A stretch of DNA of 64,000 nt from contig NC_092674.1 in NCBI RefSeq assembly GCF_964355755.1, positions 24,614,001-24,678,000 of the forward strand, read 5' to 3'. Below, one piece after another: positions 1 through 13,600 of this stretch (its first letter is position 1; each line of letters begins with the position of its first letter). The notes below the pieces were generated by a model. That model did no database searches, was not told the origin of the DNA, and was given only the letters and a program-made list of their open reading frames with translations. The stretch is from Antedon mediterranea (taxonomy: Eukaryota > Animalia > Echinodermata). A program made the translations under genes and the position numbers.

Positions 1-985
1 ATGTACTGTTGTCACCAAGATGTGTGTGCTGTTGTCACCAAGATGTGTGTGCTGCTGTTACCAAGATGTGTGTGTGTGTGTTGTCACCAAGATGTCTCTG
101 CTGTTGTCACCAAGATATGTGTGCTGCTGTCACCAAGAAATATGTGCTGTTGTCACCTAGATATCTCAATTGTTGTCACCACCAAGATACTGTATCTGTG
201 CTATTGTCACCAAGATGTGTGTGCTGTTGTCACCAAGATATGTGTACTGTTGTCATCAAGATACAGTATGTCAACTCTTGTTACCAAGATGTGTCTACTG
301 CTGTCACCAAGATGTGTGTGCTGCTCTGTTGTCACCAAGATATGTGTACTCTTGTCACCAAGATGTGTCTACTGCTGTCACCAAGATGTGTGTGCTGCTG
401 TCACCAAGATGTGTGTGCTGTTGTCACCAAGATGTGTGTGCTGTTGTCACCAAGATGTGTGTGTTGTTGTCACCAAAATGTGTGTGTTGTTGTCACCAAG
501 ATATGTGTGTTCTTGTCACCAAGATGTGTGTGTCCTTGTCACCAAGATGTGTGTGCTGTTGTCACCAAGATGTCTCTGCTTTTGTCACCAAGATATGTGT
601 GCTGCTGTCACCAAGGTGTGTGTACTGTTGTAACCAAGATGTGTATGCTGTTGTCACTAAGATGTGTGTGCTTTTGTCACCAAAATATGTGTGCTGCTGT
701 CACCAAGGTGTGTGTACTGTTGTAACCAAGATGTGTATGCTGTTGTCACTAAGATGTGTGTGCTTTTGTCACCAAGATATGTGTGCTGCTGTCACCAAGG
801 TGTGTGTACTGTTGTAACCAATATGTGTGTGCTGTTGTCACCAAGATGTCTCTGCTTTTGTCACCAAGATGTCTCTGCTTTTGTCACCAAGATATGTGTG
901 CTGCTGTCACCAAGGTGTGTGTACTGTTGTCACTAAGATGTGTGTGCTGTTGTCACTAAGATGTGTGTGCTGTTGTCACCAAGAA
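1..985. repeat. Minisatellite, ~23 bp unit (CCAAGATGTGTGTGCTGTTGTCA)
   Basis: Direct tandem copies with no unique spacers; these explain the Cys-rich ORFs at 1-1201. Confidence 0.95.
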
Positions 986-1096
986 TGTTTTCAAATTGAA
1001 GAAAGTCAGAATAATCAGCAGGTAAGTATAATTTTTGTTATTAATATTGTTATTGTCAAGAGTAACATCATTACTACTGTACAACAAAAAAGTAAT

Positions 1097-1270
1097 AGCA
1101 TTAGTTTAGTGGTTAACGTGCTTGCCTTCCAGTCACAAGGTCCAGGGTTCAATCCTGACCTAGTTCCAAATCCCCAACTGTTCAGACACACATTCTTTTA
1201 GCGTCGTACGCTAAAACGGTCTAACGCCATGGGTCTGAACAGGGCCTTAGTTTATAAGCACGATCGTTTA
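1097..1270 (+). mobile_element. tRNA-derived SINE
   Basis: A-box-like TAGTTTAGTGG and B-box-like GGTTCAATCC with tRNA spacing, followed by a non-tRNA body. Confidence 0.55.
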
Positions 1271-1600
1271 TAAAATAGTTTATCCATCTTGTAAACGAGT
1301 TTGTGCTTGCTGTTGGATGCAATAAAATATTTTTTTATTTAAAAAATAATGTTTTAAAAAAATGGTGTTTAAATTAATATGTATTTGTTTATTTTTGTGT
1401 ACAATGTGATAGTGAGGAAGTGGTAATTTCCAATGGTTCAAAGTGTCTATTTGTGTTGTAGGTACTTGCAAAGATACCAAGTGTATTTAGCCTTATAATA
1501 AGTTAATGTGACCTGATATTTTGTATACTTTGATCTAATCTTTAATCAGTTTGTGTGCTACCAGGTTCTCCTGGCACAAACTTTGATAGTAGGTTTAAGT

Positions 1601-4600
1601 ATGGCGGGGCAACGACATATTGTTGCTGTTGCATTTTTCTTTCTAGTCCTACATCTTGGTAAGTATAGACTTTTATATTTGATTGGTTCATTTATTTATT
1701 GAAATGTCAATTAATTTTCCATCTTAGTTTTCTGCACTGTACCTAAAAATATATTGCACAAAAAATATGCTTTATTCCTAAAGATAAACACATAAAGTTT
1801 AAAATATAGAAATCTTTTTTGTTTTAGTTTCTGGCCTTGAGTGCCCGTCAGGATGGTATAAATGGAACAATGAGTGTTATTTCTTCAGTTTTTATGGTAT
1901 GAATTGGGAAGGAGCGAGGGGTAGCTGTCAATCAATGAATAGTGACTTGGTTACTATTGATGCTGCAGGAGAAAATGTAAGCCCAACTATTAAATATTAA
2001 TGCTTCTGGTAGGCCGACATTCCACTAGGAAAATTTGTTTGTGCGAATTGAAAGAGTCAGCCTGATGCATGCATATTCATGTTCCCATCTTCCAAATCCC
2101 TCTCTGCGATGAATTCTAGTTTCTTGAGTTTTGATTTGAGCAATCAAGTTTGCCTAGTGGAAAATCGACTTTACCCTTCTTTTTTGACTTCTCAAAAGCC
2201 CAATGTAAGCCATCAGCAACCCACTCCCCCAACCAACCTTTACCATTAGCACCCTTGAAGGTGAACATTTTAATTAATTATTTTATTATTTTACCAACAG
2301 GCGGAGCTAGCCGCACGAGTCGATAAGGGTCAAGTCTACTGGATTGGGTTAATAGACAAGGGAACTGGTAGCTTTGTGTGGAGTGATGGAACCGTTTATA
2401 ATCCAAGCACTGCGTAAGCATTTACTTACAATAAACTCTTTTCATATTGGACACCTTGTTAACATTTTATAGTAGGCCTACTAGGAAACATTTGAAACCT
2501 TTTGAAACAAATATGCTTTAAAGAATCTGTTTTTTTGTAATATTTTACCATACTTTGAAGAAGAAATTCATTACAATTTATTTATAACAATCAAGTTTAG
2601 CTGGCTTTGTAGCTACAATGCATGCTTGTTTACATTCCTAACCTAAATAAACAACAACAAATAAACGACCATATGATATCCAGTTTCCAAAGGATGAAAA
2701 ATGTATTCTTCCGTTAATATTTGATTTGATGTTGTTGATTAATCTTAGCCTAATTCATTTTTTAATAGTGGCTGATGTTCAACTTTATTTCTTTCAAAAT
2801 TGTACTTATTATTTATTCATTTTTTGTTAGGAATTGGGACTCTGGATATCCACGCCAATCATCCGCTGAAACATGTGTTGAATTAATTAATGGATACTGG
2901 AGAGATGAAAACTGTTATCGTGCCCAAAATTACATATGCGCTCGTCCTTTGAGTAAGTAAATAAATAATAAAAATAAAACAGACAAAGTTTTTGTTTCTG
3001 CCTCAAAATAACTGTTTTATTTTTATACATGATCCTGCCTATGCAGCACCTATTTCTTTCCTAAATAAAAAATAAATGTTTAATATTAGAAGGATTGATT
3101 ATTTGACGAGTTGTAGCCACATTAAATTGTTAGGTCAGTCAGGATTTCAACGAATGAAAATATTTCCCCTATTAATGATTGAGAGATTTAATGTACACGT
3201 ATTACCAGTTTGTGGTCCATGGGCTTTTGTATTATTGTATATTAGTTAAAGAGCTTTGTATCTGTAATGCTGTATAAGTACATTTGAATACGAAATAAAG
3301 AATAAATAAATAACTAAACTAAACACTAATTATTCAAACTCAATCACAGGCTTGCATTGAATCCTAGACCTTCCATCAACCATGCAATTGTACCATATTA
3401 AATATCATTATTGTTATAAATTTAAAAACTATTCAACTTCACTTTAATGTCAAATTTTATTTTATATCTTCATCTTATTCATAAACATCCCTTTACATTT
3501 TTATTATTATTGAAAATTATTTTTTTAAATTTTAGCAACATTGGAAAAATGTTCAATCGAAGATGGGTGGAAATCTGGTAGTGATAAATGCTACTTGTAT
3601 GTGTATGATGGACGGACTTGGGACGATGCAGAGGTAACAGTACCATCCAGAAATCGTCTTACTCTTAAGCTCTGTCTATACTATGAAACTATATGTGACA
3701 AAAAAATGTGATGTGCACATATATTGACAGGATGATGTCATATCACTACCATATTTAGGCACTCACACTTTTTTTTTGTCAAATTAGTTTGATAGTGTAG
3801 ACAGAGCTTTACACACACACAGTGTCTATGAAAATTATTCCACACATTTTTGTTTCATTGTATTTGTTTATATAAATTATTTTGAAGCTGTGTTGAGCAT
3901 GCCCAGTGTTTTTTCTTGCAAATATGGTGTTAAAAAATTTATTTCAAATGTAAGGAAAGAAATTCGAACCTCATTTTTAGTGTACCCCTGCACATGTGTA
4001 TGACCATGTCGTCAAACACAACATAGCGTAGATCTCTCAAAATTCTGAAAAATATTAAAACGGTTTAGAGTGAGTAGCCAATCACAGGTAGCTGAAACTA
4101 GTCAGTCAGATAATCGTATGCACATCGTATGGTATCAAAACATGTGACATGTACGCATCTGCCTAGACTGACATTATGAGCTCAATTATTATACGTAGGA
4201 AATGCCATATGTGCAAAATTTATCTTTTTTGCTAATAATATTAATTTGAATCATGGCCTACAAACCTAGTCTTGATACGATATTTACATTTTTTTAAAGG
4301 ATTACTGCGTAGGCCTGGATGGACACTTGGTATCAATAGATAGTGAAGATGAACACCAAATCATCAACCAAGTAGTTCTTTATAAGAACGCCTGGATTGG
4401 ACTCTCAGATAAGGTTAGTATTGTCCGCATCCCCACAAGAGCCTTAGATATATTGTCCCCTGAAAAAAATAATTTTTACAATATTTTTTGGCTGAATATG
4501 CCATTTCAATGTCACATAATGGTTATTCACTTTGACCAAAAATTGACTTGAAAAAAATGATTATTCCCCTGAAAAAACTTTAATATATAGCAATTCCAAT

Positions 4601-7600
4601 AGGCTTTTGGTTGAATTTAACCATTTATTTGTCATTTTATAAGTGAATACATTATTTTTTCAGGATTTTTTTCTACGGAAGTGATTAACTTTTTAAAACT
4701 ACAAAATGACGATATTGTATGATTATTATGTAAATGGAGAATAACTTGTCCCTTCGTGTCTGTTTGTCTGTCCACAACGATGGGAGAATGGAACAGTACA
4801 GGGTAACCCCCTACTCTTCCGAAAGATGTACTGGGTTCTTTAAAAGTGCACACAATCCAGATGAGTACACTGGACCTCCAGTTTTAAGTCCTTATCCGAG
4901 AAGACTTGTTTTACCACCAGAACTAAATGGTCGAGGAGTGTTTTGAACCTGTGCCGATTGTATAGCTATGGTTTGCAGCGCCCCTGCCTTAACTGCCCAG
5001 TGACTTGACATGTGCATAATGAAATTGAATCTTAATTGTCCCTGTAAAAATAACAAAGAAACCTGGTATGTTGCATGAGAGACAGGATTGTTGCCCATGT
5101 GACTCATTGTACCAAGCAGACTATCAATTGTTTGTATTTTTTCCAGGATTCTGATGGCGTGTATGAATGGATAACGGGAAATAATACCCTTTATTCAAAT
5201 GATACATGGAATGTTGGACAACCTGATTCAGCGGCGTATGTGGTTTTATTTATTTTTGAAAGTTTCTTATGCATTCTAGTAATGTATTTAAAAATGCTGC
5301 AATTGGGGTGGGGGAGAATGAAGCGGACACGGTAAAGTCCAATTGCCAAAACAATAAGCTAAAGCTACACTATCAAACTTTATGACATAAAAATGTGATG
5401 TGCCCATACATGGACATATTTCACAACCATATTTGGGCACATCACAACCATATTTGGGCACATCACACTTTTTTTGTCAAACTAGTTTGATAGTTTAGAC
5501 AGCTATAGTTTTACATACCGTATTGTATTATTTTGATTTGTAGAGGTAAATGTGTCGAGATTGTGAATTTGGCAGGTGGAAACTCGGGAAAATGGAGCAC
5601 AGCTATGTGTGATAGCAGACAACCATTTGTTTGTGAACGAGGTCAAAGTATGTAAATATTACTTTCTGCTTGTATATATATATAAATCCAAAGGCAAATA
5701 ACTGAAAAAAATGACAATGCTGTGGGTATCAGTAGCTGGATCTCAATGGAGATACAAAAAAAAAGCAAAAAGCTAAATCAAAACGATGAAGTAAAATAGC
5801 CAGAAAGGTTAGCAGAGCTTTCGAGCAAAACTAGTCCTTCATCAGTGCAAGTGTATTGTGTGCCTGTATATATATATATATATATATATTAGGACAGGGC
5901 CAAAATGAAGTGATTGAACTTGTGGGGTCATAAAGCCTAATGGACTGATTAACAACATGGGTTTTTTTTTAAAAAGATGCACTTTTATAAGTGCACATGA
6001 TCTGGGTGTGTACAACGTACCTCAAGTTTAACATCCTTTTCCAAGAAGACTCTACAACCAGAACTTTTGAATCTGTGCCACAAACTTCACAAAACACTTT
6101 TTTTGTTATTTTTGTGTCTTAATGTTGTGTGTGATTTAGCCTAATTTCACTACAACCATGTGTATGCGAATTTGGCTTAATGTTTACGTAACCAGCCTTT
6201 CAACTAACAATAGTTTCAGTTGACTAACAATAGAACAGCAACGGCAAAAACAAACAGGTGAATTTGAAAAGAAATAGGTTTTTTATAACTAATCGTATCA
6301 AAAAACCTGTATATTAAATCAAATTATGTCTTAAAGCTCAGGTACAGGCATGAATTTTAAATATAATATTTGGTTAATTGTACATAAATCAAATATTTGT
6401 AACAGAAATCGAGACGAAAAAACATGAATTTCCCTTAATATGGTCAAATACAAAATTTGGCAAAATTCTTCCATAAAAACCAGGAAGACTTTTTTTCAGT
6501 AGTTAGGTAGTTAACCTAATGTAATAACATTTCTGGTGACTCCCTAGACGGTGAAAAAAGATGGTGGATATACGGTGGATAATTTTTGCTATAGCATGAA
6601 AATAAAAATCTGAAGTTGAATAAAAATATCAGAAATGTAATATTCTAGTTATATTACCTATATTTAGTCATCTGATAATATTTTTTACCACACCATTTAT
6701 TTTTCATAGCTTTCTAAAATGCCTCTCTATTTACAAAATTTGTGTACAAAAGAATAGAGATTTTACTGTGTAATTGAACTATCCCCCCACTGATATGAAA
6801 GTGCTTACTTTCAACAAGCTCGTGTAACACAAATAAAATCCCAAAAAATTATGAAACATAGGGGAAAGGGGAAACTGTAGATCGATAATTATTGGAATGT
6901 ATGATCAATAGAAATTTTTTGCCCGCACCTGGCCTTTAAAATTACAAATCACAAATTATAACTCTTGTCTCTTGTACAAGAATGAAGTACCGTACTTCTT
7001 GAGAAAATGCAATTTCAAACAAACAGAAGATTGACTACATGTACCTCCTTGGTACATTAATAATTCATGTGATATAATATTATGGATAAGAGTCAACAAT
7101 AAATGTCTCCCAACCAGTCTTACATCTACAGTAGCCTTGTCCTTTAAAAAGCCTTATATCATTGTAGTTTACACATTTGTCTACACTTTTTATTTGTGGC
7201 CGCCCTGGTCTTGGTAATGACTGACAATCAAATCTATGATTTCACTTGTTTAGTTCCATGTTATCCTGGATGGAAAGGCTATGGTGGGAATTGTTATCAG
7301 TTCAATTCCAGGTCAGATACATGGATTGATGCTAAGACCGTGTGTGATGCACAGGGAACACTACTCCTAACAATTAAGAGGTAATATTATTCCGTGGGAA
7401 CTGTAATTTTATTTTTTTGATCTGTCTATCTGTTGCATGTGTGAACTTGGTACACTATTAAAAAAAGAATAGGGAATCATATCCTGGTTTAAAGGTTTTA
7501 AATTTGTATATATAAAAGTATAATCTCTATGCGCTGTGGATTACACTTTGTGTGTTGTTCATTGCCTCGTCCTTCAAATGGGATGTAAAGCCGTTGTTTC

Positions 7601-10600
7601 TGTGTGCATATAGTACACGTTAAAGAACTTGTTAAAGAACTTGGTAAAGAGTAGGATTGTCTTCCTATGTGCTGATCTGGTAGGCGCTGCACTCTTGCTG
7701 CCATGGGCCGGTAGAGCTCCCGATCCGAATTTCTTCAGCTGAGGATGAATTGTAATACATTTAACATTTTTAATGTATTTCATAGCCAAGCAGAGCAAGA
7801 TTTCTTGGTGTCTCAGTTTAGTTACCTAGAAGATATCAATGTTGAAAACATTTGGATTGGTATATCAGGTAAGTTAATCTACCAACAAGGGCTTGTTTAG
7901 AAGCAAAGTTTGTGAACATAACCATACTACTTTTATTTATTTATTCAACTTCTCACTAAGATGTACATTAGTGAAGGATGTGACCAACAGGTCGAAACAC
8001 CTCTAAAACGGTCCAGTCCAAATTGCACAGTGGCTGTGTGTGACAGTGGCTGTGTGTGTTGACTAGTACACCGAGGTAACCCCCTTTTCATCTCGAATAA
8101 AGTACTAGGTTCTTTAAAGTGCACCTGAGCTGGATATGTACACTGGACCTATGGTTTATAGTCCTAATATCTGAGAAGACTTGGAGCGAGAGAGCCTCAA
8201 ACTTTTTTGCCGCTGTTATGGCTACGTGATTATGGTTGCACTGTCCAAACTGCTCGGCCACTCACTCGCTCACTACATTACTACTTGAGGTCTAGTGCAT
8301 ATTTATAATAATGTAACGGATTCTTCACTTGTTGTAGGTTGTTCGTCTGTCGGTCAGGCCGTCAGAGTCGCTATACGGAACGAGGGAAATAAAACTACAT
8401 ACACACATAAATTGGAGTCTTTCATTTATTTCTTCAAACCTGTCAGGCAACCTTCCACCATAAATCAAGAAACAAATAAGTAGAGTAAACGGTCCCACCG
8501 GGTATCGGTAATTAATTAGGCCTGCCCCTTACTGGGCGTCTCGGAACACAGCCGAGCTCCACTATAATCCACAATTATAGAATTACTACAGGTCCTACCT
8601 TCCACCGTACCGATCTCCCAACTATCTTCTACTAACTTTAAAAACACGTCTACCCCACTTGAAACCCGAGCTAAAACTAACTACATTGGGCGAATCATGG
8701 CCATCACATGGCCGTTCCCCATCTATTTCCACCAGCCAATCGGCTTCCATACAGAAGTAGGCCCAGTCGATTATCAAAATGGGGTAGCACCACACCTAAT
8801 TCGTTACAATAATAAAAATAAATTGGGACTCATTGAGTGCATAATGTGTGCCTCTATTGGCTCCACATTACAAATAACAAGTTTTTAATAAAATAAACCA
8901 AAAATAAATGAAAAAATTGGAACTGGACCCAACAAGACACCAACTTAACAACTGTATGATATTTATTTAAAATGGAATTATTTTGTTTATACACAAATTA
9001 AAAAACATTTCCAGGGTTTACTAGTTAATTAAATTTATTTCAAATTTTCTATAAAAATGTAATAAAAAAAATATTACAATAAATTTCTCTCTAAAGCTCT
9101 GTCTACACTATCAAACTAGTTTGACAAAAAAGTGTGATATTCCCAAATATGGTAGTGATATGACATCATCCATATAAGATAAGATAAGATAATTACTTTT
9201 ATTGATCCTCAAAAAGGAAATTCATTGCTCGTCATAATAACAAAGAAAACACAATAAAAACAAATATAGCATAAAACCATTCATATAAAAACATCTAAAA
9301 AATTACAAGATAAAATTATCTTCTTGACTTCCTGTTGTACTGGATGATACCGGAGGGAATAAAGGATTTAGCAAATCGATTTGTTTTCACACTGAGGAGC
9401 CTCAATCTACCACTTGGATTAAGTTGGTCAATGATCACTTTGTGGAGAGGATGAGAGGCATCCTACTATATGGGAACATCACATTTTTTTTTCACATAAG
9501 ATAGTGTAGACAGAGCTTAAGCTATGAAGTTGTTGTAACTCTTTGATAGATACTGCAAAGGATGGTGAACGTGTGTGGGTTGATGGAACCAGTGACACAG
9601 GGTCTTCTTACATGAATTGGCCGAAACGACAATATCCTGAAAATACACCAAATACGATGGATTGTGGCTCCGTGTTTGTTTGTAAGGATTATTACTCTTA
9701 ATGTTGTAATTATCACCGTTAGATAGGTAGGGCTAATTCCAAATCAGTGACGTAATTCAGTGGCCCTCTGAGGCTGAAGGCCTTGAGCATTTTTAGCCTT
9801 TTTCGACATACTTGAATGCCTGTTTTTTCAATGCTCAGGGCCCCTGAGTTTATCCAGTAAGCCCTCACAGCCGTTACTCCACTGGTCCAAATGACACTTG
9901 ATGCATAATTAAGCAATCAAATTACAAGAATACAATCAGGTGTGTTATATAATGTAAAATAATTTAGCATGATATATGTACACTTCTTTACATAGTGTCC
10001 TCTATCGGCCAGTGGGACTATGGTGATTGCTTCAATTCTTATAGCTATGTATGCAAGGTAGCGGCAGGAAGTGCTGTGAAGCCGTACAATCCAGTAGATG
10101 GTACAGTATTTTTATTTCTTCAGATGCATAAGCTCCTCATTGGGGGGTGGACAACATCGCTGAATGCTAGACAGACTACATAGACAAACATATTTCAGTG
10201 ATTTGTTGTGTTCAAATTGCTTCCTTACCTTTTATATGTTTAATTTACTTTATAAAATCACAAAATTTAAATTTCTTCAAGTCAATTTAATTTCGAAATG
10301 TATTACATTGCTGCAATGAGTCTATATAATGTATTACATTGCTGCAATGAGTCTATAGAAGGTATTACATTGTTGCAATGAGTCTATAGAGTGTATTACA
10401 TTGCTGCAATGAGTCTATGTATTTACATGAATGCAGTCTATAGAACATTTTATTTTGTATTAATTTAATAATTAGTTATTGGAGGATGTGATGTTGGATG
10501 GGATTACTATGAGAACAATTGTTACAACATTGACTCTAATGACCGTACCTTTAACGAATCAAAGAGAGCATGCGAGGACATGAACTCCGTGTTGACGAGT

Positions 10601-13600
10601 ATTCTTAACGCAAATGAGGAATCATTTCTATCAGGTAATTTGATCCTATATCAGTCCTAAATAGATTTGTTGGTAGGCCTACTTCTTGTAAAATGCATAC
10701 ATTTGTTGCGGGCACATACCAGAGAGATACCATACTGCAGTCATTATCACCAAGCCGGCACATATTTTATGTCTCTAGGCACATGTGGCCAAGAATTACC
10801 AATAGTAAATTAATCACTGTCCTATCAGATAGGAAGTAATCTCCCCGACACAGGGGCTATTTTGTGAACCAGTTCATCGGGGAAACCCCTTACGGTTTCC
10901 GTGAAGATAAACAGGGCCCCTACCTTAATCACTCGGCCATTTGACATCTGCGATAGAGTTCACTTTAGGACACCCCTATTCATAGTAGACCAACGGAAAT
11001 TAATTCTTCTTTAAGGATTAATTGATAAATAAATGTATTTATATATAGATTTTAAAAACACACTTTTCCTTAAAACGAATGAGCGGCAATATATGTATAG
11101 TATGAGCTCATTTTATTTGACAACCCTATTAAGGGGACACTGATCAGTCAAGAAGGTGTCACCTTAATAGGGGTTCTACTGGATTAAAAACAGAATGGTT
11201 TGTTTTTTCTAAACCCTGACAAATATTAAAATACTAGACGCTTTAGACTTTGATTAGTCGAGTGTGTTGACCATTGCCTGATTTTAATTTTATTGATTTT
11301 CAGTACGGTTAAGTGCTGGGAGTTTCTACATCGGTCTTACTGACAAAGCAACAGAGGGAACTTTTGTGTGGATTGATGGAAGTCCTGTAAGTATACTAAT
11401 TAGCTATCTAAATGTGAACGTAAGAATGATAGATTTTAGCTAAATTCATTCATTCATTCAATCTTTTATTTCAGAAACTCTGGTCCATAGAAAGTAAATT
11501 ACATATAAATGAAATAAATAAAATAAACAAAATTACTACTACTCATCTCAGGATGGCATTCCATCTGGCGAGCATCTTCGACTTAACTAAGACATTGCTT
11601 ATAATTGTTGACATTAAAATATTTTAGCTTGCATTAAGTCTACACATCAGGCCATATATTGATATTCTTAACAATTCATAAAAAGAGGGAATTCTACATT
11701 CCGTAAACATGAGGCTGGCACTGCAATGTCGAGGCCTTTGCAACAACATTCTTAAACCATTATTGTAGCATACCTGGAGAGATCGCAAGGTACCTTGATT
11801 ATAGTTGCACCATAATGTAGCACAATACATATTACACAATATGTTCTAAATAAAACACATTTCACATTGATAGAACACATACTAAATGCATAAAATTGGA
11901 AATAATATATACTTTACAATGAAATAGTATGTTTACCTCAAAATGGAATGTTTACCATAAATGGAATAGTATGTTTACCATATGGAATAGTATGTTTATC
12001 ATAATTGGAATAGTATGTTTACCATAAATGAAATAGTATGTTTATCAAATGGAATAGTATGTTTACCATAAATGGAATAGTATATTTACCATAAATGAAA
12101 TAGTATATTTACCATAAATGAAATAGTATGTTTACCATAAATGAAATAGTATATTTACCATAAATGAAATAGTATGTTTACCATAAACGAAATAGTATGT
12201 TTATCAAATGGAATAGTATATTTACCATAAATGGAATAGTATGTTTACCATAAATGGAATAGTATTTTTACCATAAATGAAATAGTATGTTTACCATAAA
12301 TGAAATAGTATGTTTACCATAAAATGGAATAGTATGTTTACCATAATTGGAATAGTCTGTTTACCATATGGAATAGTATGTTTATCATAAATGGAATAGT
12401 ATGTTGACCATAAATAGAATAGTATTTTTACCATAAATAGAATAGTATTTTTACCATAAATAGATTAGTATGTTTAACATAAATAAAATAGTATGTTTAT
12501 CATATGGTAAACATAATATTCCATGGTATTGTTACTTTGCTATAAAATGGTATAGTCTTTTAATATGTTATGGTATAAGTCTACTATAAAATGGTATGAA
12601 TGAATGAACTTATTGTAATAATAATAATATATTATTAATTGTCAGGATTCAACTTAAAACCTCCCTATCAATTCTTGGATTAAAAAAAAAGAATAGGTAG
12701 GGTTTCACACACCTCATTTCAACCAAAATAACCACAGAGGCGCAGTATTGTTTTAATAGGGTATTAACACACCCCCCCAGATCCTGGATCCGCTAATATC
12801 AAAGGCAGGTTGCAAGTAATGTCATCCATCATTTTTCTTATTAAATGATTTTATTTTAAATTTAGGTACAATTTACTAATTGGAAAAAAGATGAACCAAA
12901 TGACGTGAACGGCGAGGATTGTGTTGAAATTAATGGCGACAGTGTACAGAAAGGAATGTGGAATGACATTCCTTGTACATATGAACGCGGCATGATCTGT
13001 AAAAAACAAGCAGTAAAAGTCACTTCGCATCCGCCCACAAATCCTCGTAAGAATTGTTATCCTAAAATTTCATAAAATGATAATAAATAATATTACAAAA
13101 AGTGACAAATAAATAATAAATTTAAAAATTGGATCAGAATAAAAATAGTTATTTGAAAAAATAAATGCATAATGAACAATTTTTTTAGACAGATTTAAAA
13201 CTAAAATCCATATAAAGAAAGAAATGAAATCTCTTTCATGAGATTGAAATTTCTAAAAGAGAAACAATTGTTTTTGAGTATCCCTGGCAAATAATCCTAC
13301 ATTTCCCACCATCAACCAAAACCAGCCTCCCCGTCGACCTCTAATAACATACCTTATAAACATTGTCTATTAATTTGGCAGGCACTTTTTTATAATTTTA
13401 ATTAATTTTTATTAATAGTAATTTATTTGTCATTAAGTACAATTTTTCCTGGAGCAACAATAGGCATACAGTAAGCCTGAAATTAACTGATCTTGCTCCA
13501 ACATTGTATTAAATAGCATACAATAGTATTACTATAATATAGTACTGTCAACTCGCCCAATACCGTACACATTTGGGCTGGCCTAGTATGTCTAGTTTTC

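Noticed and set aside
1-985. Metallothionein/keratin-like Cys-rich protein
   Set aside because: The same peptide cycles through all frames, so it is a 23 bp minisatellite.
1097-1165. tRNA gene
   Set aside because: A and B boxes are present but the acceptor stem does not pair, so it is better explained as a SINE head.
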